Below the pieces are notes generated by a model. It saw nothing but the letters and a program-made list of their open reading frames with translations. It had not been told where the DNA came from and made no database searches. From assembly GCF_033153115.1 (NCBI RefSeq), contig NW_026889782.1:62001-126000 (forward strand): a DNA stretch of 64,000 nucleotides. The letters run 5' to 3'. Of this stretch, positions 32,503 through 47,700 are shown piece by piece (the first letter of the stretch is position 1; each line of letters starts with the position of its first letter). A program made the position numbers and the translations under genes. This stretch comes from Saccostrea echinata (taxonomy: Eukaryota).

Positions 32503-35199
32503 CCAGAAGTCTCTGATGAGACTGTAGCTCTACTGGTCTGTTTGTATAACAAAAGAAAAGTAGCACTTGGATTTGAAACATTGCAACATGCAACAATAAA
32601 TAGAATTATGTATCTTAATGTAGTCTACTTTTGTGACAAGTTATATTGAAATCAAATGAAAACTAGGAGTAGTAGCGTTTTGAAAGTATTTCACGGAAAT
32701 TTCTATTTTTAGTACCGGTAACCATGACAACACCATTCACCCAAATAAAAAAACAGAAATACATATTATGTATCGTAGTGTATTCTAACTGTGTGCCAAA
32801 TTAGATTGAAATCAGACCAAAATTGTAGGAGGAGTAACGTTTTAAAGGAATTTCACAGAAATTTCTATTTTAAGTAACCATGGCAACACTGTTCATCGAA
32901 TTCAAAAACCAATGCAATAAATTATGTATCTTAGTATAGTCTTCTTGTATGCCTAATTATATTAGAAGCAGACTAAAACTGTAGCAGGAGTAGTGTTTTA
33001 AAGGAATTTCACAGAAATTTCTATTTTTAGTAACCATGGCAACACCGTCCATCGAAATCAAAAACCGATGCACTAAATTATGTATCTTAGTGTAGTCTAC
33101 TTGTGTGCCAAGTTATATTGAAATCGGACCAAAACTGTAGGAGGAGTAGCGTTTTAAAGGAATTTCACAGAAATTTCTATTTTTAGTAACCATGGCAACA
33201 CCGTCCATCGAAATCAAAAACCGATGCACTAAATTATGTATCTTAGTGTAGTCTACTTGTGTGCCAAGTTATATTGAAATCGGACCAAAACTGTAGGAGG
33301 AGTAGCGTTTTAAAGGAATTTCACAGAAATTTCTATTTTTAGTAACCATGGCAACACCGTCCATCGAAATCAAAAACCGATGCACTAAATTATGTATCTT
33401 AGTGTAGTCTACTTGTGTGCCAAGTTATATTGAAATCGGACCAAAACTGTAGGAGGAGTAGCGTTTTAAAGGAATTTCACAGAAATTTCTATTTTTAGTA
33501 ACCATGGCAACACCGTCCATCGAAATCAAAAACCTATGCAATAAATTATGTATCTTAGTGTAGTCTACTTGTGTGCCAAGTTATATTGAAATCGGACCAA
33601 AACTGTAGGAGGAGTAGCGTTTTAAAGGAATTTCACAGAAATTTCTATTTTTAGTAACCATGGCAACACCGTCCATCGAAATCAAAAACCGATGCACTAA
33701 ATTATGTATCTTAGTGTAGTCTACTTGTGTGCCAAGTTATATTGAAATCGGACCAAAACTGTAGGAGGAGTAGCGTTTTAAAGGAATTTCACAGAAATTT
33801 CTATTTTTAGTAACCATGGCAACACCGTCCATCGAAATCAAAAACCGATGCACTAAATTATGTATCTTAGTGTAGTCTACTTGTGTGCCAAGTTATATTG
33901 AAATCGGACCAAAACTGTAGGAGGAGTAGCGTTTTAAAGGAATTTCACAGAAATTTCTATTTTTAGTAACCATGGCAACACCGTCCATCGAAATCAAAAA
34001 CCGATGCACTAAATTATGTATCTTAGTGTAGTCTACTTGTGTACCAAGTTATATTGAAATCGGACCAAAACTGTAGGAGGAGTAGCGTTTTAAAGGAATT
34101 TCACAGAAATTTCTATTTTTAGTAACCATGGCAACACCGTCCATCGAAATCAAAAACCGATGCACTAAATTATGTATCTTAGTGTAGTCTACTTGTGTGC
34201 CAAGTTATATTGAAATCGGACCAAAACTGTAGGAGGAGTAGCGTTTTAAAGGAATTTCACAGAAATTTCTATTTTTAGTAACCATGGCAACACCGTCCAT
34301 CGAAATCAAAAACCGATGCACTAAATTATGTATCTTAGTGTAGTCTACTTGTGTGCCAAGTTATATTGAAATCGGACCAAAACTGTAGGAGGAGTAGCGT
34401 TTTAAAGGAATTTCACAGAAATTTCTATTTTTAGTAACCATGGCAACACCGTCCATCGAAATCAAAAACCGATGCACTAAATTATGTATCTTAGTGTAGT
34501 CTACTTGTGTGCCAAGTTATATTGAAATCGGACCAAAACTGTAGGAGGAGTAGCGTTTTAAAGGAATTTCACAGAAATTTCTATTTTTAGTAACCATGGC
34601 AACACCGTCCATCGAAATCAAAAACCGATGCACTAAATTATGTATCTTAGTGTAGTCTACTTGTGTACCAAGTTATATTGAAATCGGACCAAAACTGTAG
34701 GAGGAGTAGCGTTTTAAAGGAATTTCACAGAAATTTCTATTTTTAGTAACCATGGCAACACCGTCCATCGAAATCAAAAACCGATGCACTAAATTATGTA
34801 TCTTAGTGTAGTCTACTTGTGTGCCAAGTTATATTGAAATCGGACCAAAACTGTAGGAGGAGTAGCGTTTTAAAGGAATTTCACAGAAATTTCTATTTTT
34901 AGTAACCATGGCAACACCGTCCATCGAAATCAAAAACCGATGCACTAAATTATGTATCTTAGTGTAGTCTACTTGTGTGCCAAGTTATATTGAAATCGGA
35001 CCAAAACTGTAGGAGGAGTAGCGTTTTAAAGGAATTTCACAGAAATTTCTATTTTTAGTAACCATGGCAACACCGTCCATCGAAATCAAAAACCGATGCA
35101 CTAAATTATGTATCTTAGTGTAGTCTACTTGTGTGCCAAGTTATATTGAAATCGGACCAAAACTGTAGGAGGAGTAGCGTTTTGAAAAATTGTTTACAG

Positions 35200-35234
<35 letters not shown>

Positions 35235-35295
35235 GACGGACGACGGACACCTTACTATCGCATAAGCTCTTCTGGTCTCTGACCAGTAGAGCTAA
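32503..35295 (+). mobile_element. HINE / pearl (CvA)-like element with 156-bp satellite array
   Basis: Subterminal IR TAGCTCTACTGGTC (32525) / GACCAGTAGAGCTA (35281); ~16 tandem 156-bp units; (ACAG/ACGG)n microsatellite at ~35196-35248; 3' hairpin CTGGTCTCTGACCAG. Confidence 0.88.
32715..35183 (+). repeat. 156-bp tandem repeat array, ~16 copies
   Basis: GTAACCATGGCAAC recurs every 156 bp (32874, 33030, 33186 ... 35058). Confidence 0.97.
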
Positions 35296-35949
35296 CAAAC
35301 AAAATCACTACTATTCAAAGTTGGGTAGATGCCTTTTTGATATTTTCAAGCATTTATCTTGCTAGGCACACTTCAGATATTCAGGGCCATATTGAAATAT
35401 ATGCACATGGTACGCCTATGCTAAAGCCGAAACACAAATGCTAACCGGCTTGAATATGAAATAAAATGTCAAAAAATACATCCATTTCATCCAAAAGCAC
35501 CACTTAAATGTTTCGATAACAATGTCAAAGGCTCATGCTCCAAACCCCCGTGTTTCTACCAGCATGCATGCATGAACTGCAACAAAGCCCATCCACTTAT
35601 ACACTGCTGGTCCTACCAGTCGACGCTAACTCAATTTTCAAGACCTAATCCCAACCATCCAATATCGAGCCAGCAAAATCATGAACAACAACCTAACATT
35701 AGGTTAAATCCAACTCATCCAATCGCGGGTCAGCAAAATTATACCCAACAATCCAACATTAATTTCTGACCCTATCGCCCAAAGCAATACCAGACACCAA
35801 GACCAAGATTTAACACGCCTAGGTTCTACTCCAATTTAGCTCCCAATACTTCAGAAATACCTAGCTCAGTATCCGCAAATTCAAGATGTCCAACTGTTAC
35901 TTAATGGATTTACATCTGGTTTTTATCTGAATTATGCAGGTCCAAGAGA

Positions 35950-37120
35950 CTTATTTACAAACAACCAGAGGAAAAGAAAGGTAGCAATTGGACTTGAAAC
36001 TTTGCAACAGGAAAAAATAGAGCAATTATCCTTGGTTTAGTCTGTTTTTGTGGCAAGATTTATTGCTATCAGACTAAAACTGTAGGAAGAGTAACATTTT
36101 AAAAGATTTTAACAGATTTTTTTTAATTTAAGTAACCATGGCAACATCATTCGTCAAAATAAAAAAAAATGTTAAGACAATTATGTATCTCAGTGTAGTG
36201 TATTTGCATGCCAAGTTACACTGAAATTAAGGCAAAACTATAGAAGGAGCAGCACTTTGAATGTATTTCACAGAAAACTGTATTTTTATTTAACCATGGC
36301 AACTCTTCACCAAAAACCAATGCACTGAATTATGTATCTTAGTGTAGTTTATTCGTGTGCCAAATTATAATGAAATCAAATGAAAACTGTAGGAGTAGCA
36401 TTTTAAAGGAATTTCACAGAAATTTCTATTTTCAGTAACCATTGCAACATTGTCTATCAAAATCAAAAACCGATGCACTGAATTATGTATCTTAGTGTAA
36501 TCTATTTGTGTGCCAAGTTATAATGAAATCAAATGAAAACTGTAGGAGGAGTAGCGTCTTAAAGGAATTTCACAGGAATTTCTATTTCTAGTAACCATGG
36601 CAACACCGTTCATTAAAATCAAAAACTGATGCACTAAATTATGTATCTTAGTGTAGTCTACTTGTGTACCAGTAATGAAATCTGACCCAAACTGTAGGGG
36701 AGTAGATTTTGAAAAATTCTTTGCACACATACGGACAGACAGACGCCGGACACCTTACTATTACATAAACTCTTCTTGTCTCTGACTGATTGATTGTTTA
36801 TTGTTTTACGTCCCATTCGAGAATATTTCACCAATATAAAGACGTCACCATATACCGGTGAAGGGTCTCAAATTTTGACCTTTACTCGGCACTTACGGAT
36901 ATTGAGTAGTGAAGGATCTTTATAGTGCCAACGCCTGTCGTGACACGGGACCTCGGTTTCTAAGGTCTCATACGAAGGACCCGCAACTTTCACTTCAAAG
37001 TGCCGAGGGCATGGCGAAGGAACAATTGTTACCCATTTTTTATCGACTTAGGTCAGTCACGGCCGAGATTCGAGCTCACGACCTCCCGATCACGTTCTGG
37101 TCTCTGACCAGTAGAGTTAA
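35950..37120 (+). mobile_element. Older HINE copy with ~4 diverged 156-bp units
   Basis: Same unit and 3' end as 32503-35295; SINE inserted in its 3' hairpin. Confidence 0.8.
36787..37094 (-). mobile_element. SINE family B, 5'-truncated
   Basis: Matches 55471-55819; TSD TTCT(T/G)GTCTCTGAC. Confidence 0.88.
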
Positions 37121-40100
37121 AAAAAACGAAGTCTGCTAGGGAACTATGCGCGAATTATTGGCAATTATTTCAAAAGAAATAAAATTAGGTCGCATGGCAG
37201 GTCCTTTTCCTAGCCCCCATTTCCCAACCTTAGGTGTAACCCGGTTGGTGTATTACCTAAAAAGGACGGTGGATGGAGGTTGATTTCAAACCTGTCAGCA
37301 CCAATTAGCAATAGCATCAATGAGCATATTGACCCAATTTTATAATCAATCTCCTGCAGTTCCTTTGACCAGGCAGTTTCCATGATTCAAAAAATGGCAA
37401 AGGCGCATTACTCTGCAAGATGGATTTGTTTAGTGCATTTAGACTTTTACCAATTCACCCTGCAGATTTTCTTTGTTGGGTATGTGCATTCAAGACAAAT
37501 ATTATTTTGACATGTGCATGTATTTTGGTTGCTCCATAGCTCGTTCAACATTTCAAAAATTCTCATCTTTCTTACACTGGCTGGTAGCACAAAAGGCCCA
37601 AAATCAAAAGATCATTCATTACCTAGATGATTTCTTGTTTGCCGGGAGACAAAATACTTCACAATGTTCCGAACTCCTCAAAATATTTCAGTTAAACTGT
37701 AGAGAGTTAGGCATCCCAATAAATGACATAAAAAAGAAAGAAACCCGAAGGTCCCAGTTTTCTACGTTTTGGGATTGACACAGTGGAACAGAAAATCTTT
37801 ATTCCTGACAATAAGGTTATAGAACTTCAGTATAAGCTTACATCGCTTGTTTCTTCCAAAAAAGTAACACTCAAAGAAATGGAATCACTTTGTAGATCCC
37901 TAAACTTTTATGCAAAAGCCATCCCTGGTAGCAGAGCATTCAATCGCCGTTTTTACAATACAACAGTTGGCATTTTCACAATACAACAATTGGCATCAAG
38001 AAATATTGCTTCTTGATAAAGGTTACACAAGCTGTTAAAGAGAATGCTAGGGTTTGGCTTACATTTCTCAAAGACTACAAGGGGCATTCTTCATTCCCTG
38101 AAATATCTTGGTCAAGTAACGAGTCCCTTAAACTTTTCACCGATAGTTGCGATTCCATCGGTGGAGGTGCAATTTTTCAGTATCACTGGGCAGTTATTTT
38201 CTGGCCAGCATCATGGGATCCAGATATTCGTAGGGATATCACCTTTTTGGAACTGGTGCTTATTCTCTTAGCTACTTGGGTTTGGGTCGATTACTTTACC
38301 GCAAAAAAAAAATATTGATTAGTACTAACATTGCTTTAGTTCATATTTTAAATTCCCAGACCAGAAAGTCTCAGAGGGTCATGACATTATTAAGGCCATT
38401 AATATTGCTATGCATTAGGCATAACATTCAGATTAAAACTATTCATACTCCAGATCAAAATTCTACCGCAGATTCAATTCTCGATTTCAATGGGAAAGAT
38501 TCAGAACCTTGGCTCCCCAAGCAGACAAGATTCCAGCCAGTATGCCTCCGGCATTATTGTCTCTCTTAGACCACATGTAGAAAGTTTGCTTGAAGCAGCA
38601 TTATCAAAAAACACTGCTTCAACTTACCAAAAGGGCATTAACTCTTTTGAAACCTTCCGTTCTAAATACAATTTTGACTTGTTTTGGTCTCCACCAGTTC
38701 ACCAGATCACTACATTGCATACCTCCATAGAAATCAAATATATTCAACAGCAAGATGTTATTTAAGCGGTATTAGTTACAAAATCCAGTTAGAATGGGAT
38801 ATTAACAACACTAAAGCCTTTCTAGTTAAGAAAATGTTAGAAGGTTTCCGTAGGCTAAATCCGGCAAAAGACCTACGATCACAAATCTCTCTACAAATGC
38901 TACATCAAATGATACCAATTGTACCCACAGAGTGCCCAAACATGTACGACGCCACAATGTTTTCAACTGCCTTCCAATTAGCATTTTTAGCACTGCTGCG
39001 CATTAGCGAATTTACTTTCACCAGTTACTTCACACCGGTACTATCTTTCCAATATATCACCATTGACGACGAAAAAATTTCTTTGTTTATCAAAGGTTCA
39101 AAAACTCACTAATATCGTAGGGGTACCACGTTACTAATCGCATACAGTTCTCAAACCGAATCTTTATTCAAACACATGCACAATTTTTTGTCAATTCGTC
39201 CTCAAATACAAAGTCCCCTTTTTGCCATCTCAATGCTAAACCTCCTCTCACCAAATATCAATTCACATCACTGCTACACAAAGCTGTCAAAGTTCTTGGT
39301 TTAGACACATCTATATTCAAATCACACTCATTCAGAATAGGTGGGTCTACTCATTTGTACTTGCAGGGAGTTTCTGATGAGGACATTAAATCTAAAGGTA
39401 GATGGAAATCTGCCGAATTCAATTCTTAAATTAGATTTTAATGGTGATGTTTATGCCTGCAACCTTATCGTATTCTAACTGAATACTAAGATTGCAGGTC
39501 ATACTATTGTTTGGATTATTGGATCATCCATAGTCCATTATGCCGCACTTCATGATGACAAGCAATTTGGAAACGCTCATCTAGACCACCAACAGCACAA
39601 TATTACAGTATTTTGGTCTGGTAAGAGTGGCATTAGAGCCTAAAGTAAATCACCTTGTTGACCAAACGGGGCATCCCGATTTTGTATTGATACACTGTGG
39701 AGGCAATAATATAGGCACTATGCCATTGCGTAGACTTCAAAAGTATATGAAATTGAGTATCGTTAACTTGCAAGTCCTGCTGCCAAACACACGCTTCATA
39801 TGGTCCCAAATACTCCCAAGAAATTACTAAAGACACATTGCCCTCAAACACTGCAGCCGAGAAAGCCCGTATAAGAATAACAAATCCTTAGCACCATTCG
39901 TGTTGTCAAGTAACGGTGCATATATAAAATATGCAGATCTGTAGCAGTGTACATGAAAATTATATCGTGATTGAATACACTCGTCCAATACCACTCAGGT
40001 TATATTTTTGAACACTATTCGCCAGGGATAACTCTGCATTGTGCGTAGAAATGCCAAAACTTAACCCCCCCCCCACCTTCTTCCGTGTGAATATGTGAAT

Positions 40101-41719
40101 AGTCTCCCAGTCATGGCATTGGGGCTAAATTTTGCCCGCTTATGGCGGATGTCTTCATGTATCATATTTTATTTATCATACATATGGCCGAAGTTTAAGT
40201 AAGCCTGCCCCGGATTCGGTTTTCTTCCAGGTCCGTGGCCAATAATTGGGCTTATTCTAAATGACACATTGATAGAATACATTGAGTGACTGAAAACATT
40301 GATGCACTGATTGATTGTCATGTTGACTGATTGAAACATTCATTGATATAAAACGTTCATTCATATGTTGCTTGTTGTGTTGTTTGATTGAAGTATTGAT
40401 TGAAATATTGACTGATTGATCAATTTATTGGATGTTGATTTTACATCATACTAACCAAGTCGATTTAGATCACGTATTTTAGTTTAGTGACATAATACAA
40501 TGGATTGATACAGTGTTTGTCAAATTTGATTTCAACATATATACATTTATATTTCATGCATAATTTTACGGCACATCTTTGTAGTCTAAGGGCAAAAACT
40601 CTCACTAAATACACTTTACGGATTACGTAACTCGGTACGACTTGACAATCAATACGCAGTGTGTACACTCTGAAAATACGTCATAAAACCATCCCAAGCA
40701 AGGGCTACAAAGCCGTTAAATGCAGAATCAGCACATGTGCAATTTTCTGCAGTTTAACAAAAAAGTGAACGGTATATACATGTAAGTCAGTTGTGATATA
40801 CGTTATTGCAAATCGGTTTTCGTTTGTAAATTGTTATCACAAACAATATTACGAAAGTTCATACTAAATCTATATAGGCTTCATATTATTCTCTTGTCCT
40901 GCGCCGCGCGGGCCGAGCATGGAGCCATGTTGGCAGTGAATTGGGCGCGTGTGTGCCTCCTTTTGTAAAGATATAGGGTGAACTATTCAAACAGATTGGC
41001 ACACCATTCGACAGCGGCTTACATTTGTGGCCCCCTTATGAGTTGCCTGTCTTGGATAACGGCATATTTATAGTGCCGCATATCAGTCAGAGAGGTCTCA
41101 AAATTCAGACAATGACACAAGTGTTGATTTTGGGAGTTCCCATGCGAATCGTCGATCTGAAGCAATATCTAGACAGGAATCGCCAACTAAATAATTTTGC
41201 TTTTGTAAACGATCCCCAAATAAACTTTTACGGTATCGTTGGAGGCCGCATAGACTCGGCTCACTGCCATCGCTGGGAACAGCAAATATCCATGCAGGTG
41301 GCTACCACATCATCTTGTCTTTCATGCCGGCGGAAATGATATGGATGACGTAGATTGTTCCGAGAAACTAGCAAATGAAATAGCAATGCGCTTAGTTGCC
41401 TTTTTTTAAAATAAAAAATCCCCATTCTTAGCCTCTCGTTTTCTTTGCATTAAAATAACGGTTAAAATGAAATCGGCTATTTTGAAATATCGCTTATATT
41501 GAAGCCACTGATCGGTCCCCAGAGGTGAAAATGAGTTGTTTTCATAACGGTTATATTGAAGTACTCCCTGGCGGCTGTCATTACGGTTGGTGACAGTAAT
41601 TGCCTGACTGACCGGTTGATATACAAGTGTGTGAATTGATAAGTTCTCACCTTGTGTGCTTTTATACTGCTTTTGTAAAATAAAATTTATTCCTTGTTGA
41701 ATTCATTGTTTTCATGTAT

Positions 41720-44700
41720 CACTACTGGCTTTCAAAACCCCTGTCCGTATGAAAATCCCCTGTCTTTCTCTGTAACCTACAGCATTTCCACAATTATCTA
41801 CGGTATATCTACAGTATGGTACGGTACGTCTCCTCTGCATATACAGTAATTCTCAGTATGCCACTGTATGTATCCCCAGCATGCCACAGTTACCTACAGT
41901 AGGCCCCAGTACGCCTACGGTAGGCCCCAGTATGGCTACTGCTTCCTACAGTGACCTAAGGTATGCCACAGTATATGCCCCAGTAGGCCCCTGTATTGTT
42001 CAGCGAAGGTAAACGGAAGAAGTATACACACTTCCAGAGGCGCTGTTTATCTAAGATGTGAGGTTGTCAGTTCAGTACACAGGATTATTTCCTTGAGAAA
42101 CTTTTGAACATTATTTTATACACATAGTAATACAACTGAAGTCAACTGATACGGGTCTCGTGATCCACATTAGGCAAAAACTTCACGCATATGTTATAGC
42201 CACAAAGAAAATATCGAAATGGTCAATAATGTTGACTGATCTGAAGTGTACATTTCTTGCTGACAGAATAACAAAAATACGCTATAAAGATTAAAACTGT
42301 TATAATTATTAATTTAATCGTACATTTCATTATGTTTACAATTGTTAATAGACTTGTAGGGTTATGCAGTGATTCTGAAAAGTTTACAAATCATTGCTAA
42401 AAAAAAAAATCATCAATTAATGAATTTTATTTATTATTTTTTCATTTTTTATTCATTCATTTATTAATTAATTTATTTATTTGTTAGTTTATTCCTTCAT
42501 TCATTCAAAAAATATTTAATTTAAAGCATCAAATTGGGAAGGGCATACATTACGACCAATAATTCTGCAATGAAGATTTTATTCACTTATAGTACGGCTA
42601 CATGAGAGACCTAAATGTATAAACTTATATATATGCTCCTGGCTAGTGGCTACATGTACTTGTAAAATATATTCCTTGGTATTTAAATAAACTTGAACAC
42701 GTCGTGTAACTAATGACCTATATCCTTAGTATAAAGGTCCCTGGTGTAAGTAAATCTCACCGATGCAAATATTTGAAGAGCAATCCGCGTCGATACAGGA
42801 ATGTAAAATTTATTTTATTTAGATTTTCTGCCTGCTCAGTGAGAAAAAAGTCTTTTAATCTTGGTACATGTAACCATTCTAATAAATGAACATAGCTGTA
42901 TACGGCAGCAGTGGGTCTGTCATAGTATCTAATGACATGGTATCTTTAGGTAACACAGCTCTTTTTCTTTATTGTCAACCTATTATTTTTTTTTCAATCG
43001 ACCTTTGTTCATTATCTTCAACTTTAACATTTTTTTTACAATTATATTTTACATGTAATAACATGCTGTCCAGGCGCGGATCCAAAAATTTTTCCAGGAG
43101 GGGGGGGGGATATTCCACCCCAATTCCCAAAAAAATTAACGCAAATTCCATTTCCTTAACGTGAAAAAACCCTATTTCGTGGTGGGATCCACGCTTTCGG
43201 GGGGAGGGGGTTCAAAGTCATGTTTTATTTGCTTCAATGTAACTTGGTTCGGAATGCCCCCCCCCCCTCCTAGGTTAGAGCATGCTGTCAGTATTAATTT
43301 TAATCGGAGAATTTCAATATTAAACGTATAATACAAGATCAGTTTATGCAAAAGAGGCACAAGTAAATTATATGCAATTGCCGACGGACAGTGAATTGTG
43401 TAATCTGTATAAAAACTGTAGACATAATTTTCTAAGAAATATTGGCATTTCAAATTTACAAAATAACGATTTAAATGTTCTATTCATATAGCTATTAACT
43501 CATTTCCCACGTCAAAATGCGAGTTTCAAATATAATGCATATAACATACACTGTAAGACAAAGAAAAAATCACACGCATGTAATTAATATATATTGCTAA
43601 AAGTGATTTATAGGTCCGATGGGCCGGGTGTTGTACATATATGCTTATTTGTCTAATGAACGTAAAATTATTCGATACACAAGTCACTATGTATAATAAA
43701 ATATTTACTTACTTACTTATTTTATATAATTTTAAAGCAAAATTCATGCGAAAACCCTTTTTTCTGTCTTTTTTTTCCCTAGGGGGCAAAGCAAACAAGC
43801 CACCAATTTTTTTTTTTAAAAATCTGACGTTTTGTGTTTAATGAGGGAACAAGTTTACTATTAAACAGAGATGAATTACAAATATATCGAACCTATTAAT
43901 TCCGGCTTGATTGACAAGAAGTGCGACATCTATTTTGTACATAGAAATTTGGGGGGGGGGGGGTATTTTATACAATGGAAAATTAAATCGAAAGTCAAAT
44001 ATTTATTATCAAAACACGTTTACTTAGAACAACAATATTTGACAGACAAAAAGCTCATCTTGAGTTTCCCCTACGAAATATGTACGTTTAGAAAGGTACA
44101 TGAAATGTATGTGTTAACCAGCACGAAGAGGACTTAGTAAGTAAAATGTTTTCATAAAAAAACATCAAAGGGTTGATTATTTTAGACACCGTTTTGATTT
44201 TCTTAAAAATATAGTATAACTACATCACAAATGTTTCATCATAATATTACGGAATCGAGATCCGGAAAAAACTCCTCAAAAGAAATCGCAAGAGTCTGAC
44301 CTTGACAGATGAATTAAACGAGGACGCATTTTTCTTCATAATCATCTTTCTGAATGTATTATAGTAAGTTCCAGCTGTAGTGTGTGTTTCTCATAGTGAA
44401 TCCTAAAAGGTGCAATTGTCATGATTGTGCGGGACATCATTACTTTTTTTAATTACTCAGTGGACACTGGTTGTCATAGGATTTCTCAATTTTATCAATA
44501 AAGTCAATAGAATCACTCGATTGACCAAGCATGAGCTATGCGTGCGCATATTGGCTGTGCTTACGCATACATGTTGCTCATGCTAGGTCAATCGATGCTA
44601 GGTCAATCAAATGATTTAACTTTATTTATAAAATTAACTTTATTAATAACATTGCGAACTTCTGTGATTGAGGCTGTAAATAATCTGGTAATACAACTTC

Positions 44701-47700
44701 CATTATCAATAACGTACGTAGTAATTGTCAGTGTTTTTTTTCCGAAATCCTTAGTATGAAGACAATCCAATTAGATGACAGTTTTTCCATGTAAGCAGAC
44801 TTAGCAAGCCACTTGTTCATGATAAAAAACAAATGTTATGGATTCTCTGTGATCGGGTTGGTGACAGTGACGATGCAAATGGACCTGATTAGCTGTATCA
44901 GTCTAACGTAATAGTGTACAGTGTAACAGTAATACTTTGTTGTGACTTGACTTCTACATTCTGATCAATGTGAATGGATTATGTTTACTGTAGCATGACA
45001 TTTTTTAGATTAATGGAAAAATCTTTAGTTAAAACGAATTCGTTATTTGTGTCAGTGATTGTGATGTTCATATTATGAAACATAATATAGGCCTATAGCT
45101 GTGTTAAAAATATATTGAACACGTTCGACAATTTCAAGAAAATGGAGACCCCAAAAATTATTTTGCCATGTCTGGCAATTTAAAAAAAGTTACTCAGTAT
45201 TTGATATTAATTTCTTTCTTTCTTTTTTTTTTTTGGGGGGGGGGATTTCTAATTGTCAGGGATGAATATACATATATATGACGTGTATGTACATACTAAA
45301 AATGCATGTTTACAAAAAATTGCTTTTATATTTGTTCATCTTAAGTTAATTGCAATTTAGAATTTGTGTTTCCATTCTCTTTGCAGTAAATCAGCACATA
45401 AAATTATAATAAATAACTAGATTGAAGAACAGTCTTCGTTTACTGTTCATAGTGCTAGCTGTCGATACTTATGTCTAGAATAAGGATAACGTAGTAAAGA
45501 GCAAGGAGTTCGTAAAGTAAGCATTTTAGATTGAGGATTTAGGATATTACGATATTTATCGCATACTGTTAGACGAAGGATAAATGTACATGTATCACAT
45601 TGACATGACATTAACAGGTATTGGTGGGGAAGTCCTTTCCCCAGCATTGTCGTGCATTTCATATCATGTGTCAAATAACGAATGCGAACAACTCCGTTTG
45701 TTTCGGCGTTTTTGCATTGTAGATGTATGTATACACGGAAATAATTATAATTTTACCTCCCCCCCCCCTCCCCCCGAAGCAGCGTACATGTTAAAAGATT
45801 TCATTCACTCTTATATATATATATAATATAAATTTCTTTTACAGTATAACAGGATTTAATTCTTATTTTCACTGTTTAGTTCAATGAATTCTGATAAAAG
45901 ATAATTCAATTATGCAAGGGACTTTAATTTCAATCCATTTGTCCTCAATTACAGATCAAAGAATTATATCAGACTTTGATCTCGCTTAGCTTGCGTTGGT
46001 GTTAGGAAAATTGATAACCCACTCTAATTTATGTTGAATAATCAAATTATTGATCTTAAATGTTTGATTATTTTGATATTACTATCATGTCTTTATTTAA
46101 TTACATGTATTTACAAACAATATAAACTTTTACATCTTCGGGCCAGTCTACATGCCGGGAGAATCGTAATTCATATTCGCACGTGTCACAATTTTCAATT
46201 TTTAAAGGACAAAAAAGTGTAATGCATCTGCAGTGCCTTGGTATTTATAATGGAGTCAGAAATTTATCATCGCAGGTAAAAAAAATCTTCGGTGTTTGAT
46301 TTCTGAGAATAAATTGAAAATAACATGCTAGTTCGTCGCGCCAATTTGTATACCGGATCTTGAACTGATCAGGAGCCCGTGGACTGTGGAATCATGTACA
46401 TGATTAACAGAATTTATAAATGTTACTGATTTCTGTATTACAGAAAAGACCATGGGTAAACGTTATCGTTTTTTTTTTTTATTTCTAACCCTGACACTTA
46501 GCATCGTTTTGAGGGTGAGGAAATGGGGGAATAGGGTTTTTAAAAAGTCAGATTTCTTTTTTTTTTGACGATCTGAATTGTTTGAGAAAAAAAATTAGTC
46601 ATGCATATTTCCGTGCCCTGTCTTGTGTCTAAGTATGTTCTTGAGGTTATAGTCAGAAAGAATGAGTTTGATACGAAACAATTTAAAATAAATTTTCAAA
46701 ATAAATGATACGACTTATAGCATTTCGGGAATTAATAAAGACTTAGTATTGAATTATCTTCTTCTTTTTTTCCAAAGGTTTGAGAGATATATCCAGGTGT
46801 TTTAAATTCCTATTTTTTTTCACATCAGTTAGCGTACGATACAAACTGTATATAAAGCAGAGTAAATTTTAAATTAGTAGATTTTGATATAAAACTGACG
46901 GAAGATTTTGGTTCATGTACGGATCCTCTTTTATCCCTATTTCTCAACTGTTTTCGTTGACCTTTGTTTAAAATAACTTCTTATCCATTTATTTTGCATA
47001 ATCTAAAGTGTAATTATGTTTCTCGCTCTCTCTCTCTTTTCTCTGGACTCGAATTATTTTAATGACTGCTTATTTCAATGTACCAGTGAATAAGAGGATT
47101 ATAGGCATTCGTGCCTGCTTTTCAGTGCATTTTACATTACAAATATATGATATTTTTAAAACAGAAATTGTATAGCCGAAACTTATATTTTTAATTCATG
47201 CGTTTCACCCCTTAAAGAAGCGCCTAAGAAACAACATCGATGTTGAAAGTATTAGCAAGGATAAAGTACAAATTAGCAGTAATAATTGTAAATATAATGT
47301 TTTTCAGTGTTCATTTTTTTTTTTTTAGTATTTTTTTTAAATTAAAATTTTCTACCATATCTATACTATAAATTAGACTGATATTTCATAGTGAATGTGA
47401 AAACAGTCTTGTTACGAGTGGTCGGTCAGTTGTTTATTTAGTACTAACACCAGTGGTCAGACGCAGACGAGAACAATAGGCAATTAGGACCTATTGTTAA
47501 GCTGACCACTGCAAATTACATTAGATATATATACTAAAACCTACCCTGGTTCTGCCTCAGTGCATATAATGAAGTTGATAAAAGAAAAGCGCGGGGCGGA
47601 TCAATGATTCTTAATCATAAGTGGGTCTGAAAATTGAAACTAGATGATAGAGTAAATGAAATTATTATTAAATTATAAATTCATTTCATTTTAAACAAAA

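Larger units (their letters stand above)
31980..40070 (+). mobile_element. Degenerate DIRS/Ngaro tyrosine-recombinase retrotransposon (gag-RT/RNaseH-YR-SGNH), interrupted by two HINEs
   Basis: gag-like pieces at 32295-32500 and 35300-35800; RT (IIHYLDDFLF) and RNaseH (LFTDS...DITFLEL) at ~37130-38570; recombinase (LLRISEF, KSHSFRIG, KGRWKS) at ~38570-39430; SGNH-like (WIIGSSIV, IHCGGNNI, IWSQILPR) at ~39500-40060. Many frameshifts and stops. Ends are approximate. Confidence 0.85.
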
